A stretch of DNA of 62,971 bases from Octopus bimaculoides (Eukaryota): the NCBI RefSeq assembly GCF_001194135.2, contig NC_068988.1, positions 52,359,931 to 52,422,901 of the forward strand. Direction: 5' to 3'. How positions within the stretch are numbered: the first letter of the stretch is position 1; each line of letters starts with the position of its first letter. Positions 62,839 to 62,971 of this stretch are shown here, one piece after another. The position numbers and the translations under genes are program-made. Below the pieces are notes generated by a model. It saw only the letters and a program-made list of their open reading frames with translations. It was not told the origin of the DNA and did no database searches.

Positions 62839-62971
62839 CTATTTGCATGCATCTATGTGTAGAAGAGTATGCGTAATTATATTTATATATAAGTTTTGTG
62901 TAAATATATATATGCATATATGCATACAAATGTATACACAGGTTTTTATACTTGTGTGCGTATACATACAT

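Overview
Eukaryotic, AT-rich, repeat-dense genomic DNA with eight assembly gaps. The SINE and MITE families look like those of a cephalopod, most likely Octopus; this is inferred from recognising repeats, not from a search. One spliced protein-coding gene on the + strand runs through most of the window. I could chain 10 GT-AG coding exons with consistent phases: 9306-9386, 10149-10261, 13502-13591, 15160-15342, 18258-20390, 23754-23892, 25203-25294, 27761-27928, 32269-32412 and 56254-56329, giving about 1068 codons from ATG 9319. The protein has an N-terminal Elongin BC-box and cullin box, an Elongin-A-like helical segment, a ~545-aa Ser/Asn/Asp-rich insert and C-terminal RI-type leucine-rich repeats, i.e. 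it is LRRC41/MUF1-like. The last exon and possibly one internal exon are not visible. The rest is intron or intergenic sequence: tRNA-derived SINEs, RTE and Penelope-like LINE fragments, hAT, mariner, piggyBac and Merlin-like MITEs, and mini/microsatellites. Almost all short ORFs in the track are repeat artefacts. The most unusual structures are a perfect palindrome with 152-bp arms (43285-43597), a 388-bp foldback (11859-12246), a nested TIR element with a TTAGGG-rich core (50064-50700), a hairpin-unit array grown from a retroelement 3' end (34118-34620), and a cullin box that looks Cul2-type rather than Cul5-type. I found no convincing new multi-gene system.
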